32,000 nucleotides of DNA from Mesorhizobium sp. YM1C-6-2 (GTDB lineage: Bacteria; Pseudomonadota; Alphaproteobacteria; Rhizobiales; Rhizobiaceae). The position numbers and the translations under genes were made by a program. Location of the stretch: contig NZ_RCIZ01000013.1 of NCBI RefSeq assembly GCF_003666685.1, forward strand, positions 97,507 through 129,506, in the 5' to 3' direction. The notes beneath the pieces were generated by a model. The model did not search any database. It had not been told where the DNA came from and saw only the letters and a list, made by a program, of their open reading frames with translations. Shown here one piece after another: positions 31,794-32,000 of the stretch; the first letter of the stretch is position 1, and the number at the start of each line of letters is the position of its first letter.

Positions 31794-32000
31794 ATGAAGG
31801 GCATGGTGCCGAACACCCTTGCGATCTTCTTCGGACTTTTTTTGACGACCGTCAACGCTTGGCCCACCCTGGCTCAGGAAACCACGCCTGAAGCCGAGGC
31901 GGCAAAACCCGGGCAGCCGGCGGCCGAGATCCGGATAGGATATCTGCGTGCTTATGAGCCTGAGCTGGCATTGTCGGTGCTCGACGTTGCGCCGCGCGAC
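31794..32000 (+). CDS. 5' end of an exported substrate-binding-protein-like gene (possibly the ABC SBP associated with PQQ-dependent alcohol dehydrogenase systems); partial
   Basis: The ATG at 31794 opens a frame that runs to the window end: MKGMVPNTLAIFFGLFLTTVNAWPTLAQETTPEAEAAKPGQPAAEIRIGYLRAYEPELALSVLDVAPRD. This is a signal peptide followed by an IRIGYL beta-strand start typical of Leu/Ile/Val-type SBPs. It is absent from the ORF track because no stop is reached. Confidence 0.45.
   Translation, partial: MKGMVPNTLAIFFGLFLTTVNAWPTLAQETTPEAEAAKPGQPAAEIRIGYLRAYEPELALSVLDVAPRD

Noticed and set aside
1-32000. Search for CRISPR arrays, tandem repeats, IS elements, tRNA/rRNA genes and defence-system hallmarks
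   Set aside because: No regularly spaced repeats were seen, no transposase, integrase or recombinase-like translations, and no intergenic region long enough for an rRNA. The short intergenic gaps show no cloverleaf-like tRNA candidates by eye. tRNAscan-SE, Infernal and a self-dotplot would confirm this.

Overview
GC-rich bacterial chromosome segment; gene content and protein similarities look alphaproteobacterial (Rhizobiales-like), which is an inference. I found no rRNA, tRNA, CRISPR, transposase or integrase. Positions 1-10.7 kb hold ordinary mixed genes: a polar amino-acid ABC transporter (binding-protein 3' end plus two permeases), a beta-hydroxyacid dehydrogenase, an AlkD-like DNA alkylation repair protein, an Lrp/AsnC regulator, a co-directional thermonuclease-GST-uracil-DNA-glycosylase trio, an orphan membrane histidine kinase, cobT, a DUF1289 protein coupled to a membrane retropepsin-like protease, and dusA. 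Positions 10.8-32 kb are one dense C1 (methylotrophy) island for tetrahydromethanopterin/methylofuran-dependent formaldehyde oxidation. It carries fhcB-A-D-C (minus strand), a PCD-like gene, mptG-mtdB-ATP-grasp-mch-RimK-like-CitG-like-fae (plus strand), and a second block of cofactor-biosynthesis genes: HisA/F-like, hydantoinase-like, DUF447, DHPS-like, AfpA/DmrB-like flavoprotein, amino-acid-kinase-like, and an MfnB::FolB fusion. Many junctions are translationally coupled (ATGA/GTGA overlaps). The island is bracketed on both sides by exported proteins of the poorly understood 'PQQ/quinoprotein-dehydrogenase-associated' type, yet no PQQ dehydrogenase lies in the window. The best candidate for undescribed biology is the three-gene periplasmic module at 10797-13266: a Tat-signal MBL hydrolase, a fused SoxY-SoxZ-like carrier with an internal GGC cysteine, and a rhodanese-like C-x3-C-W protein. 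Its first gene starts 9 nt after fhcC. Most long ORFs antisense to these genes are high-GC artefacts. All calls rest on reading the translations and sequence by eye; no database search was run.
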